Of a stretch of DNA of 48,765 nucleotides, positions 27,243-39,779 are shown in pieces (the stretch's first letter is position 1; each line of letters begins with the position of its first letter). A model generated the notes under the pieces. The model worked only from the letters and a program-made list of their open reading frames with translations. It did not search any database and was not told the DNA's origin. Both the position numbers and the translations under genes were made by a program. Location of the stretch: contig WELB01000024.1 of NCBI GenBank assembly GCA_009602725.1, positions 463,450 through 512,214 on the forward strand, in the 5' to 3' direction. Source of the DNA: Spirogloea muscicola. Its lineage: Eukaryota.

Positions 27243-30067
27243 CTATTGCAAATAACTGACGTACTTGGAACTGAGGAGGAGCTTCTGGACACACATGAGT
27301 GCTTGCTTCTGCACTTCGGGGTCAGGATGTGCCATGTGCTTCAGAACCCGCTCCTTGGCCTTGAGGTCCGACACTATGCCACGCCCAGCAGGGTGCACCT
27401 GGATGAACTGGCCCACATCATAGCATGCCACAGCCAATGTCCGCGAGTCCCGTGATGAATCGAGCAATGTCACCAGCACCCGCAGGACCTGCCACAGAAA
27501 AAAGCACTGGCATCAGCAGCATGCTCTGATCTTCAAGCAGCTATTGGCTTGCTCCTTTTAATAAGAACCGAGAACATCCACATGCCAAAATATCTGGTTG
27601 ACTTTGTGGATCTGTGGCAAGTCTTGCCTGGAAATCATTCTCCTCGAATCGCATGATATTCTCGCGCCAGAAGGTTGCATCCTTGTGCATTGGCGTCCAG
27701 TCCAGCGTGCCCGACAGCACTTCCTGCTTGTATTTGTCAAATGAGCTTAACGTCTTAATGTTCAGCTTGAGGCCCTCCTCAAGGACCCTGAGCGCTTCCC
27801 TTAAGTCCTGCACCAGGAAGTACATACAGCACAGTTGGGGTGTTTGGAGCCCACTAAGCACGAAGAGCTGCTCTCATGCTGGCCCCTCAACAATGTACTT
27901 GGAGACAGGAAAATCTTGTCTATTTGAAACAAACAAGAGACAGGTAGTCAGCAATTGAAGAGGCCACTTAGCGAGACCACATCAGTGACTGTACCTCGTC
28001 GACCCAAGCATGGAGCTGGAGACTGGCCACAAGCTTTGGAAGGCCGAGCTCAACCATGGTGTTGCCAAAGCTGCCCTTGGGCATCAGGTTCTTGAAGGTC
28101 AACACTGCAACCCTGACGACCTGCCGTGCCGTACAATGACTTCATTAAGAATCTGCAGTTGCTCTGCCCTCCATGCTGTGGCATAGCAAGAGCCACTTCC
28201 ACATTATTGTACAACTGCTTCAAGTTAGCGCTCACAATCAGTAAGGTGCACCCTTGCTCAGCAGCACAATGCAGCACGCATGCAGGCGACAGTGATGATG
28301 ACTTCTGGGAGTGCAGGTGGTTGCGGGGTCAGAAGTTACCTTCTCCTTGGTTGAGGTCTTGACAACCTCAATAAGGCGGGGGAGGATGCGGGTGTTGGCA
28401 ATCGCGTTTACTGCCGCGTCATGGAAGGAGAGGAGCCAGACACAGAGCGCGGTCTCATACAGCAGCTGCATTTGCCGAGGGCGACGAGGCATGTGTAAGA
28501 TGGCCTCGCGCAGTGAGTACAGGCCAAGGTGATGGGCCTCAAGCTGCTGCAATGTAGGACAACACAAGAATGGGCCAGCAAAGCAAGCAGGGCTGAGAGA
28601 GGACAACGCTGTCGACCTGCATGTACTGCTGGCTGGAAGCCGGCGAGAGGAGTGGCGCCAGGAGCTTGACACCGTCGGCGCTCACGAACATGGCTCGCAC
28701 GGGCACCTCCCGCAATAGAGTGGTAAGAGCGCTCACAGCCGTGGGGATCGCTCGTGCCGCGTGCGCTGGCTGCTTCAGCTGCGCTCCACATAGTGGTGGG
28801 CCATTGCCATCACTCACCAATTATATCATCGATGCAAGCAGTGCTGAACCTGCCCGCTAACTGATGTACCTCTGAGGCCGTCTGAAAGCATCAGCAGCGG
28901 CGCACCTGCCCACAGAGCCACTCCACAAGCGTGCGCTGAATGTCCTCCATCGACTGGCCCGGGGCCGCCGAGGACGAGTTCACAACGTTCGCAGCAGGCA
29001 TGGCAGGAGCCGGCAGTGGTGCGGCGTGCTTCGATGGGCGGGCGCTGCCACGACAGCTGGGGCGCAATGATCAGCGAAGCAAGATGCTGTTGCCTCAAGC
29101 GCTGCCCTTTTGCTCAGCAGGTGGGCGCGCGTCCAGAGCCGCCAGCCAGAGGAGGCTCCTCCCCCACGACAGCTGCAGTTCTGCAGAAGCAGCAACGATA
29201 CGACAGCTGCAGCAGCGGCAGCGGTGATGGCATCCATGTCTGCCCTCACCTGATCACGAGGGTGAGGATCTTGGCGCTCTTCTCCAGCGTGAACCAGCTC
29301 TTGCATGAGAGCAGCCTGCACCACGACGAGGCGTGAGTCCAAGACCAGCCAAGTCAAGCGGGTCGGCAGCCGCGAAGCTCAATTACTCGCAGGGCTTCCG
29401 AAGCCGCAGGCCAAGTCCGGGACCTGGCAGTCCAAACCTGAGGAAGGGCCCATAGACGTCCTCGCCAGCGAGCGCGGGGTCGTGGAAGAGCGCGGCGTGC
29501 TTGGGGCTGTTGGCCAGGACGTCCTCCACGAGCGCGAGCGCGTACTCCACCGTCTCCTCCTTGGTCACATTGCGCAGCACCGCCAGGAACGTCCGCACAT
29601 ACGCCAGCCCGTCCTGCGCAAGGCCGCAACTTCATCTGGGCGTCCGAGGTGGCCGACCGGCGAGCTCGCTGGGCGCCATGGGCTGCAGCGGAGGCGAAGG
29701 GGGACCTATGGGCCTTCTTCTGTACCCAAAACTCATGCGCTACCAGCTTGCACTGTAACTTGCTATCGTGCTACGTCTACTTGTAGCTGGTCATGTGGGC
29801 GAGCTACTGTGATACTGGTATAGCTAATGCAACTCCTGTGGTTGTAGACGACACTAGTACCTGGTTATGGGTACAGTTTCCCACTGTCACTATCAGTGGG
29901 GCCCTCACCTCGGCCAGGAGGGCGGCCTGGACCTCCGGGGAGCGGTGGTCGTAGCGGCGCAGGAGCTGGAGGTCAGTGCCACTGATCAGCTTCGCAGTCA
30001 TGTACGTCTCCCACGGCACGTCGCGCCGCAGCACCTGCTCCTTGCTCACGTCCCCGCCCTCGCCCAT
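27243..30067 (-). CDS. VHA-H: V-type proton ATPase subunit H, multi-exon
   Basis: Reads [134 protein letters not shown] and [15 protein letters not shown]. Confidence 0.96.
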
Positions 30068-30199
30068 GGCGGCGGCGCCGGCGGCGACGGCGGCGGCGCC
30101 GGCGCAGAACAGCCCCGGGCTCCGCGGCCGCCGCGCCGGNGATCGAGTGCTCCGTCCTACCCCACTTCTGAGATAGCAATTTTGGCCACTTCGTAATAT

Positions 30200-30328
30200 G
30201 GCCACTTCGAACCTTGTCAATTCTTTTCGGGCTGGTTTATCATAGCCATTGCCTCCATCGAGAGTGCCCACTTCTTACTGGAAGAAGTGGCTCTCCCAAT
30301 GGGGGCAAGGGCTGTGAAAAGCCAGTCC
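30200..30328. repeat. Two retroelement 3'-hairpin relics in inverted (tail-to-tail) orientation within the divergent VHA-H/CTL promoter
   Basis: Reads ggccacttcgaaccttgtcaattcttttcgggctgg...ccacttctt-actgg-aagaagtggctctcccaatgggggcaagggctgtgaaaagccag. Both halves match 47625-47695. Confidence 0.65.
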
Positions 30329-30832
30329 AGGTTGGCTGCCGTGGCTGCCAGTGTGAAACTCCGACGGTGGTGTGAACTCCAGGTTGAGGGCCCCGTTGAA
30401 ATAACGGCACTCCTAAACGTCGATCGAGTTGCCGCACAGTCGAGTCACCTGGCGCATCGCCGTCGCCGTCGCCGCCGCCGCAGCCGCCGCCGCCGCCGGA
30501 GCTTGGCGCTGGCGGCCCCCCCGTGGGAAGCGCCGCTGCGCGGGGATCCCCCCCGCGCCGCTAGCTGCGGCTGCCGCTCCGGCGGGTTGTAGCGCTTCCT
30601 GCGAGCCGGCCATAGCACGTCCTCGGAGCTCACGCGGCGGGAGGGGCAGTCGGGGCATGGCTTCCGGGCCGGCGATCTTCCTCCGCCGCCGTCGCCGCGC
30701 CATAATGGCGCCGCCGCCTCCTGGAGCAAGGAGGTCTTGCAGCGCTCGGTTTGCGCTCGGGCCTCCCGCCTCCTAGCGGCCCGCCTCGCAAGCGCCGGCG
30801 GCCCCGGTAAGGCCAGCGAGAGCAGGGGAGCG

Positions 30833-33552
30833 ATGGCGAAGGCCGCCGCGCCGCCTGCCGTGGGGGCGCCCCCCTTCGCCGTGGCCGCTGAGGTGAGCCA
30901 ACGCCAGGACTTTCTCACTACTGATCTTTGTCTCCTCTCTCTGCATGGCACACAGTGGCCGCCTTCCTGTGACACGCTCGCCAGCCCTATCGAGCTCCGT
31001 GCCTGAGGCGACAGGGTCATGGCCCGCCGCATCCCGTCTGCCAATCCACTTCATCTTGCCTCTTCAATTCACTTCATTCTGCCCGCCCAGAATGCGTGGG
31101 CGTACGACCTGCCGCCGGCAGCGGCGATCACCAAGGGCCGGCGCAAGTTCCAGGACCCGCTGTGGGTGCCGGTATTTGTGCTGCAGGCCGGAGCTGTCAT
31201 GGGCCTCGGCATCTGGATAGGCTGGCAGCAGTGAGGCACCTTAACATTTTCTCCAGTGGTCACTTCTCGCCACTTGTCTGTCGTCCCTCCTGCCACTGGA
31301 GTGCATCAGGTCGCTGGAGGACTACCTCTCATGCTCACACAAGCTACACACTCTGGCTCGCTCGAGCTGAGACACTCAGCTACTTTATGGGCGACCAGAG
31401 GCCTTTGCTATTCCATAGAGCATGACATTTGGGAGCTGGTGCTGTTGCACAGGTGGTCAACGGGCCGGCTGGAAACGCTCAGATTCTGGCCGGTGCTCGC
31501 TGCAGCCGCTGGCTGGGGCTGGGCGTATGCCATCATCTTCCTCATCCTCCTCTACGCAATCCCATACCCGCTCATCTTTGTCGCGGTCTGGCTCGGCCCC
31601 GTCAGCACAGGCATTGCCGCGGCCCTCACCTTTGTACGTGGAAGCTACGTCATTGGCATCCTCACGGCCATCCTCTTCGTCCTCGCGGTCCTGTGGGCAA
31701 TTGCACTCACCAGGAGGTCAGTGTCGGCCCTTTCCGGCAGGCAGCCTAGCTGCATTGGCGGGCACTGCCAGGACCTCCGTGACGTATATTGTCAGACTGC
31801 CGCAGGATTCCATTTGCCGTGGTAATGATTCGGCGGGCACTTCTCCTCTCTCGACAGTTTGCCTCCCTCTACGTTGCTGCATTTGCCACAATCTGCGTGT
31901 ACCTGGTATGAGCTCTTTGCTGTGCAATGCCCAACGAAGCTGTAGTGCTACCATGCCATTTTTGCAGTCGCCATCCCACTATCTAGAGAAGTGGATATTG
32001 TCTGATGAGGTACCAGACTGTGCAGGGCGGGTCAAGCATAAGGGTCTAGGGGTCAGATTCAAGGTTAACTAGTGTACAATCTAGTCTCAGGTTCCTGTGG
32101 TGGTGGATCTTAGCCATCATGGCGCTGCACTGCCTGTGCAGGTATACGATGCAGCGTGGACAGTGGGCGTGTCGGGGACTTTGTCCAAAACCAACACGAA
32201 CTACTGGTGGATCCTGACGCTTGCGATGCTGTCGCTCTTCTGGACGTCCGCAGTGGCCACCAATGTTGTCACTGTCACTGTGGCTGGCACCATTGCAGCC
32301 TGGTTCTACGCCAACGATGCCGCCTCTGCACCGCTGCACGCAGCCACGGCCGTCCACCACCCCGTGGCCCGCTCCCTATTCCGCGCCATCACGTACCACC
32401 TCGGGAGCATCGCCTTTGGCTCGCTCCTCACCGCACTCATTCAGACACTGCACTGGGTGGTGAGCAGCACTGCCTTGCTGCTGGATTCAGGCAGTGCAAC
32501 TGTCCTAGCTTCGCTCCTTGCAGCCATAGTTAACTGCAACCTTTGCCTCACGCTGGTGCATTGTCAAACTCTTGGCTAGCGGTGCAGGTCCAGCAAATTC
32601 GTCGCAATGCGGGGCAGGCCGGGGAGTTCGCTCAAGTGCTCCTTTGTGTGGTGGAATGCCTGATTGGCTTTTTGGAGAGCATGGTCCGCTTCTTCAACCA
32701 TTATGCCTATGTTGAGGTAAGAAATTGGGAGTCAAACACACCTGGGGCATCAGCTCAGGGTGCAGGGAGGAGGTGGAAGTGGTCTATATTTGTTGAGGAG
32801 TGTGAGAGTATTGTCTCTTGGCCTGTAAGGTCTCTTCCTTATCTTATTTAGCACTGTCATCCCTCCTGTCCCACCTCGTCTTCCCTCTTCCACTTCAAGC
32901 GATTGTCTATATTATAGTATTCAATTGCCAATTTTGCCACTCCCCTTCCCTGCCAAATTTCCTTCCCCTGTATGTGCCCAAACATCAAATCAACAAGCCT
33001 TATGTTTGTGTCTGGCAGGTTGCCATCTACGGGAAGCCGTACACTTTGGCGGCACGGGACACGTGGGAGCTATTCCACCGTCGTGGCATGCAGGCTCTCG
33101 TGCAGTATGACCTGACGCGCAGCGTGCTGCACCTTGGGGCGCTAGTTGGCGGCGTTGCGGCCAGCCTTGCTGCGGGCTTGTGGCTCAACTACACGGAGAA
33201 TGGCCGCTATGATGACCGTGCGGTTGTTGTCGCTTTTGCAGCACTTCCCACCGCGGGCCTGATTGTGAGGCCCCCCTTCAACCCTACCCCCAACCCACTC
33301 ACTCCCGCCCTCTTTCACAGTAGTTTTGAGTCCTCATTACTGGTGTGCCTATGTCTGCTACCTGTCGTTGTTAGCGACCCCTTCTGACACCTGGCGTGGC
33401 TTTGAGTGATGCAGACGGGTATCCTTTTTGAGGTGATTGGGAGCATTGTTACTACGTTGTTCGTTCTATATGCAGAGGAGCCGACGCGCTTGCAGCGCCT
33501 GGAGCCCGCGTTCTACCAAGAGCTCCAGGCAGCGCACCACCACAGGAAGTAG
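30833..33552 (+). CDS. Choline transporter-like (CTL/SLC44, plasma-membrane choline transporter family) protein
   Basis: Reads RKFQDPLWVPVF, RRIPFAVVMI, LSLFWTSAVATNVVTVTVAGTIAAWFY, SLFRAITYHLGSIAFGSLL, LESMVRFFNHYAYVEVAIYGKPYTLAARDTWELF and TTLFVLYAEEP. Introns are GT-AG, stop TAG at 33550-33552. The start codon is less certain. Confidence 0.88.
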
Positions 33553-34309
33553 TTGCAGCCCCATAAGCATTCAGGATGACTCTGCAGACCTGCTGCTTGG
33601 GAATACCTGCTGGTGGTAACAGGGGTAAACGACAACCGCGTGAAATGTAGGCAATAGCCGAGCATGCTCAGGTACAGCAGGTGAGGCGTCCTTAGTGCAG
33701 GGGGAAGCCACCGTCCAATCTCCATAGTGCTGCCAGAGTTGCTGCAGTTGGAGGCCGCGCTTGCTTTCGGAGCGAGTGAGAGGAAGAGAGCCAAAGAGGA
33801 GGGAAGGTTGTCCATAGCACTGCTAGCCATTGGGCTTGCTTGTGATGAGGACCCCCTTACCTGCATCAACGTCTCTGGCCGTTTGTCGCTTGCTGAGGTC
33901 CCTGGGCCTCTGGGCATAGCAGAAGCTGGGTTGCTTCTGCTGATCAAGCGCAGGTGGCCTGGTGCTGGCCCTTAGTGCCTTCACAGCTCTCCACCTGCAG
34001 GTGAGTGACATGGCGAGTAGGCTGCCTCATAAGGTGCCCAAAGCGAACTCCCTTGTAATCTCATGCAGTAAGGAGCAGGCCAGCAGGCAGCAGCATGCTT
34101 GCAAGGGCCAGCGTGTGAGGCAGCTCGATTGGGCTGGGTGGCAATTGACTCTTGGTCGAGAGGAAGGGTTGAATAGTATATGATGGCTTATGCGGTGTGG
34201 TGCAGTAGAGGCTGAAGGTCTTGTCGCCGCATACAGTGAGTGGTTGGTGGCACTGGTCAGGGAGAGCAAGTGCTTCAAATAAGAGGCAGTCTGTCTCTCC
34301 CCTGTTTAC

Positions 34310-36320
34310 CATTGGCCCCCTTCATTTTTAGCTCCTTCAGAACTTGTTCATTCTTTTGTGGGCTGGCATTTTCACAGCCATCGCCTTTTCCTCCTCTTCA
34401 CAACCCTCGCCGCCTCCCCAATTTGCATTTGTTGTCTTCAGGTTATAGAGCGTCCATACACAGAAGTAAGGGATACTAATTTCGTGAATCTTGCGCCTTC
34501 TGGCCCTTGCGGGCCCTGTTCTGTCCTTTTGGGCAGGCCTCTCACAGCCATGACCTTACCGTGTAAGAGCTATTTCTATTTTCACAGCCCTCGCCCCCTC
34601 TACTATCTGCTTTGATTGACTAGAGATGATGGAGCTTCCATTTGCAAAAGTCACATTGAGGAGTTTCGTTTGTTTGCGCCTTCCGGCCTTTCAGACCTTG
34701 TTCACTCTTTCTTCATCTAGGCTGGCCTCTCATAGGCATCCCTTCCTTTGATAAAGCCTACTGCTTGCTTCTTTGAGACATGCGGCTCTCCTTCCCACCT
34801 CAGCATTCCCGGGCTCATGCAGTGCACCTGTGGGCATGTCGTGCTTTGGCTGCTGCTTCTGGCTTCCATCGGGGTGACTCTTTTTCCAGTTGACAAGTAC
34901 TCAGACTTACGGATGCTGACTGGGGATTGCTGAGCTCCCATATGCAGTGATATATTGCTCCACTTGCATTGCGGTGTGGGTAATAGCACCTTTCGGCTTT
35001 TTGGACCTTGTCTGACTTTTAAGGGTCGGCTCTTCACCACCCTCCGCCCCATTAGAAGAGCCACTTTCTCTGATAGAGCTTACAGCCATCGACTGACCTT
35101 GGAGGAGCTATGTTTGGAAGAGCTGCCTCTTCTAGGGGGATTTTGCATTGTGCCCTCACCTTGTGCTTGGCCGCTCAAGGCCTCCATCACTCATCATCAA
35201 GCCGGTCGAGCCTCTGCAGCAGCCTCTGCCTTGCGCAGCGGGGTTGCTCTTCCTCCCCTCAGCTCATCTGGCTTCCTAGTGATGACACGGGGGTACTGAG
35301 AGCGCCCTGCTTGCCTAGCCTCTGGTCCGCATAGTTGCAAATTACAGAATGCGGCCCTTGCTTACTTTGCTTCGCTCTCCAAGCTCTCGCTGTTCATCAG
35401 CGTGCTGGGCGTGCTCTAAGTCAGGCTAACGGCTTCTGTGGCGGCTCCCCGGCTCCCCAAGTTAGCCTGTCAGATTTGCATGTCCTCACTCGAGGGTGCT
35501 AGCGTCACACTTGTACCTTCTAATAGGGCTTCGTTCATGTAGCCTCAACTTTTGCACAAGCATCTGCCTGAATAGTGTGTTAGTTTGACTTGGCCAACCT
35601 TGCATTTCAAATGTTGACCGCGCGCCTTATTTCTGGCTCTGTTGACCTCCTTCATAGAAGTAAGCTCTTCCAACGGAATAGAAGTGGCTCTTCCGAAGGA
35701 AGAGAAGTGGCTGTTCCAAACGGGCCGGGGGCTCTGAATGGCCAGCCCAGAAAGAATGAACAAGGTCCAGAACGGCCGAAAGGCGCCAAAACCACACAGG
35801 TATGCAAGAGCCACACAGCACATGGAAGCTAAGTAACCCCAATTCAGAAGCCGCAAGTCGAAATGAGTCGCAGCTGGAAGCGAGGCACCCCAACGAGAAG
35901 CAGCAGCCATAGCACGGCCTGCCCGCAAACGCACTGCGTGAGCCTAAGACCGTTGGAAGGACATGGATAGCCGCATGAGAAGAAAGTGGCTCTCCCAACT
36001 GGGAGAAAGGCCCTCAGACAAGCCAATCCGAAGAGAGTTGACAAGAACAGCATAAGGAACACCTGACCCCGGCGGCGTTGAGCCGGGCAGTACACCTTGC
36101 TGTCGCCGTCGACGATCGATGGCCCGCCTCGCAAGCCGCTGCAGAAGGTCCAGCCACCGACTGCCAAACGGCGACAGAAAGCAATAACGCCGACTGCCTG
36201 TATGCTCCCGGCCGGCTGGCTTCAAGTCATGTCTTTCAGCGCTTTTCGGCAGTCACGAACACCCTCTGTATTCACCTGGCCAGCTTTGACGGCTGCTCAT
36301 TTAATATCAGCAGCCGCAGC
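34310..36320. mobile_element. Mixed-orientation cluster of REL retroelement 3' fragments and hairpin relics
   Basis: Contains ...ASALRSGVALPPLSSSGFLVMTRGY* (ends 35299,+), RAGRALSQA..SDLHVLTRG (~35400-35500,+), MRLSMSFQRS*AHAVRLRAGRAMAAAS (~35830-35975,-) and FGSRWLDLLQRLARRAIDRR (~36060-36175,-). The terminal motif tttaatatcagcagccgc is at ~36300. Confidence 0.75.
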
Positions 36321-36618
36321 CTTCGCCCGGGCCAGGACCTGCGGCGGGCGGCGAGGAGGCGCGCGCCAAGCCGGCGCCCAGGCCTGCCGGCGACCTCCCT
36401 CCGGCCAGCCGCTGCAGCCACTGCCCTCCTCCTGTCTCTCCACCAGCCCTGCTCGTTCTCCTCGTCTTGCCGCTGCTTGGGCCGGCCGCGACCGCCGGCC
36501 GGCAGCCGGATCCGGCCGACGTGGCGTCGAGAGAGCTGCGCCTCGCCAGACCCACGTCGGGCTTTCTGCAAAACCCCGCGTCCCTGGCGGCCGCTGCGGC
36601 CGCCCCGCCGCCGCCGCG

Positions 36619-39111
36619 CTGGATTACTTGGCCGAGTCGTCGCTGGCCGGGCAACTTAATCGGGGCAAGCCGCCGCAGCCGCCGCGCCCAAGTGGGGCGT
36701 CGGGCGACGCCGATGTTAAGCTTGCCGATGCTGACGGCAGCGGCGGCGGCGTCGCGGACGACGATGCTGCCGCTGCTGCCCCGCCGCGCGAGCGGGAGAT
36801 GCACGTCATCGCGGCGATCGAGGAATGGAACCGCGCGCTGCCGCCGGCGGCGCTGCACGCCAAGTACGCCGGCATGGCGGCCTCGCCGCTGGCCTTCTTC
36901 CTCGCCACAAACCACCTCTTCTGGGCCGACTTCAGGTCTGCGGATGGCTTGGCACTGAGATGCACATAATGTGGGCCACGGCTTGGCCTCGACTGATCCT
37001 CTTCAGTCTTCTCAGAGGTTGTCAATGCGTCAGCTATACGAGTTGCAAATATGGCTTCTGGGTGTCTCTTTCACTAGTGCAGCCTGATAAGTGCAGCTTG
37101 GCCTGCTTGTTGTAACGAGTGGCCGAATCACGCACTGTGCGCAGCGGCGACGACCGGCTGAGTAAGTTTGGGAGCGAGGCAACACGGACGTGGATCTGTG
37201 GTGATTGCACCACCGAAAGCTTTGGCACGTATGGTGGGGAGGAGCAGGGCCCACTGTATGGCATCACGGCGTTCGACGAGGCTGTCATCGGCGACTACCA
37301 GGTCAGCCCATTGACCTCATAACCAGTGCATCCTCTTAGCAGCTGGCTTGGCTATCACTAGTGCTGCTGCATTCAGACCAGATCATAGAAACCCAGGGAT
37401 GACAAGTACAATCTGTGGTGTCGGCAGTACGACGTGTGGCGCCTCGCTGTGTGCATCGTTCTGGTTGCTGAGGCCAACGGTGGGACCTGCACCACTGAGC
37501 CCGTCAAGGTGCGCACATGTTCACCACTGCTCAGCATAGGCGCTCGTGGTTGCACTAGGAGCACTGACGCAAGCACGGGCATTGACGAGCGCGCATGCAG
37601 ACAAAAGCAGTAGAGGCATTCGCAAGAAAGTACCTCCGCACAGTGGTGGCATCAAAGCATGGCGAGCCTGCAAGCGTGCACGAGCCACTTGGCTCCCCAG
37701 GAAGCCGCAGGAGCAAGCTAGTGCATTTCCTCGCTACTGTGGAGCGCGACAATCACCGTCGGCGCTTCCTACGCAAGTGGTATGTGAATGCGACGTGCAG
37801 TGTCGCAGAAATGCTGTCATGCTCTGCCCCTCATATCCTCACAGAGGGTGACATTATTGTGCACAGCATACTTGACCTGCTTATCTGTATGTCATAGTAC
37901 TGCTTTGTCGTGGCCTTCCCCTTTGTGCAGGGTCACGGATGACGAGGCCGCCGAGCCCAAGCTGCGGGCAGTGGAGGGCCAGCTGCAACCATGCCCACTG
38001 CACGAGCGGGCAGCAGTAGCTGCGGCTCTCACGCAGCACTTCAAGAGGGTGGGCAAAGTAGTGAATGCAGAGGTGAAGGATGTTGCACGGTACCGTGACG
38101 ATGGAGTCGGGCACTCTGCAAGCGGGCTGCCCCGATACTTTGCACTCGTAAGTCAAACTCTCAGAAGGACAGCTTGTTGCACATCTATCATATGCAGCAA
38201 GGCTCATTCTGTACGCCACTTGTTGGCCCCTGGCTGATGACAGAGCTGGTGGCTGTGGCCTTGAAGGTGAATTGTTACGGCGTGCTCCACATCTTGGACA
38301 TAAAGCTGCAGGCAAAGCCGACCGCGTACCACTTCATGCAGCTGGAGGACCGCACCGCATTCAGGCATCAGTTTCTCAATGATGCAGCGCGGCGAGCAGA
38401 AGCAGCATCCACACTGGGCGGCTCTGCTGCTCTGGACGCCTTTAGCGGCTGGATTGAGCTTGACGTAAGCTATGCCTGCGGCATGGGGCCTATTCATGAT
38501 CGGCTATGGCAGCAATGACTTCTAGATGCCACTGGGCAGAGAAGAGTTGGCAAGTACGGTATGATGAGGCGGCACATTTTGATGCAGTCTGGATGCTTGG
38601 TGGTGGCACAGGAGGAGGTGCATCCAGCTGCTGCAGGATACTACTCAGTCAGCGAGTTGTCGCCGGTGTATGAGCGCTTCCCTGCTGTCGCTCACGACGG
38701 CGTCCGCGCCAAGCTGCGTAGCCTTTCGCCACAATCGCTGGCAAGCTCCTAGTAGCCCTCCTCTTTTTCGTGGACAGTCAAACTGCAACAGGGTCGTAGC
38801 TCTAGGATAGTATATCAGTGCGAGACTGACATGTTTGCGCTGGCCACCAGGAGTCACTGCTAGAGATGGCAGAGGTGTGGGCGGCGGGGCTGGGTGGGGC
38901 GCACATACAGGCCGCCAGTACTCTCGAGGGGGTGTCCACCACAGGCGTCCGAACGCGCTTTGCCCGCGAGGTGGGTGCCCTGGCGCGTGCCAACCGCGGC
39001 GGTTTCCAGCAGCTTGTATGCCAGGTGGCCAGCCGGTATGCAGCACAAGTGGCGCTCGACCATGCGGCATATGCCCGACACCTGCTGCCGGTGCAGGCTA
39101 ACGGCTTGTAA
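36619..39111 (+). CDS. DUF2252 family (bacterial-type protein-kinase-like fold) protein, ~8 exons; start uncertain
   Basis: Spliced product reads WNRALPPAALHAKYAGMAASPLAFFLATNHLFWADFSGDDRLSKFGSEATRTWICGDCTTESFGTY..YGITAFDEAVIGDYQYDVWRLAV..EVKDVARYRDDGVGHSASGLPRYFALV..ILDIKLQ..YSVSELSP..AEVWAAGLGGAH. This follows the DUF2252 motif order (KY.KMA.SPF.F.RGT; GD.H..NFG; D.NDFDE; G.GS.G..RY; LD.K; R...P; LA.AH). Confidence 0.8.
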
Positions 39112-39779
39112 GGGGCCCCACAGCTGCAGGCCCAATTTTTGCTCCTAGACCCTTGGTGTTGGAGTGTGATACGAATCGAGGGCGTTCTCATAGTTGCTGA
39201 GTAGTCAGCTAGGCAGTCAATTTGTCAACATGTAGTTGCCTTGCTACAGCTCGTGGATCAGTGCATTTGTGAATAAGGATTCTTAGCTGGGACGGTGGAG
39301 AAAGCCTTAGCATGCTGCACGAGGCACTCTGGCATCCTCTGCAGAATATGTGGGACCTGCTCCATGAGAGGCAAAAGCTCCCCTTAGCGTGGGCTGCCCC
39401 TCTAGGAGATTAGCAGGCAGGGTTGGTGGGTTTCCAAATTTGGCAAAAGTGCAGCTCTTTATGAGGGCAGTCGCTGAGGACATAGAGATCACAGCCTATG
39501 TCGGTCCGTCCGCAAGAGGAGAAGCTCGAGGGAGTGGATCTGGTCACTGTGAGAGACAGCGCCGAGAGTATGGAGAGTCACTTGGTAGGAAGAGGGTCTT
39601 ACAAGGGGGTGATGTCACTGATGGCTGCCACCCAAGAGCCAGAATGACAACCTTCGCCCAGCAATAGGGCCAGCATAAGAATAATGGAAGGATGGCGGCA
39701 AGAGGGGCGGCCGCAGAAAAGAAGAACACAAGCGTTTGCGAAGCCGTGTGCGGCCAGCCCGAAGAAAAGGAGAAGCCCA

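Noticed and set aside
39389..39667. FPNLAK peptide suggesting a hAT dimerisation domain
   Set aside because: The match is too short, and the downstream S..ER.FS motif is absent.
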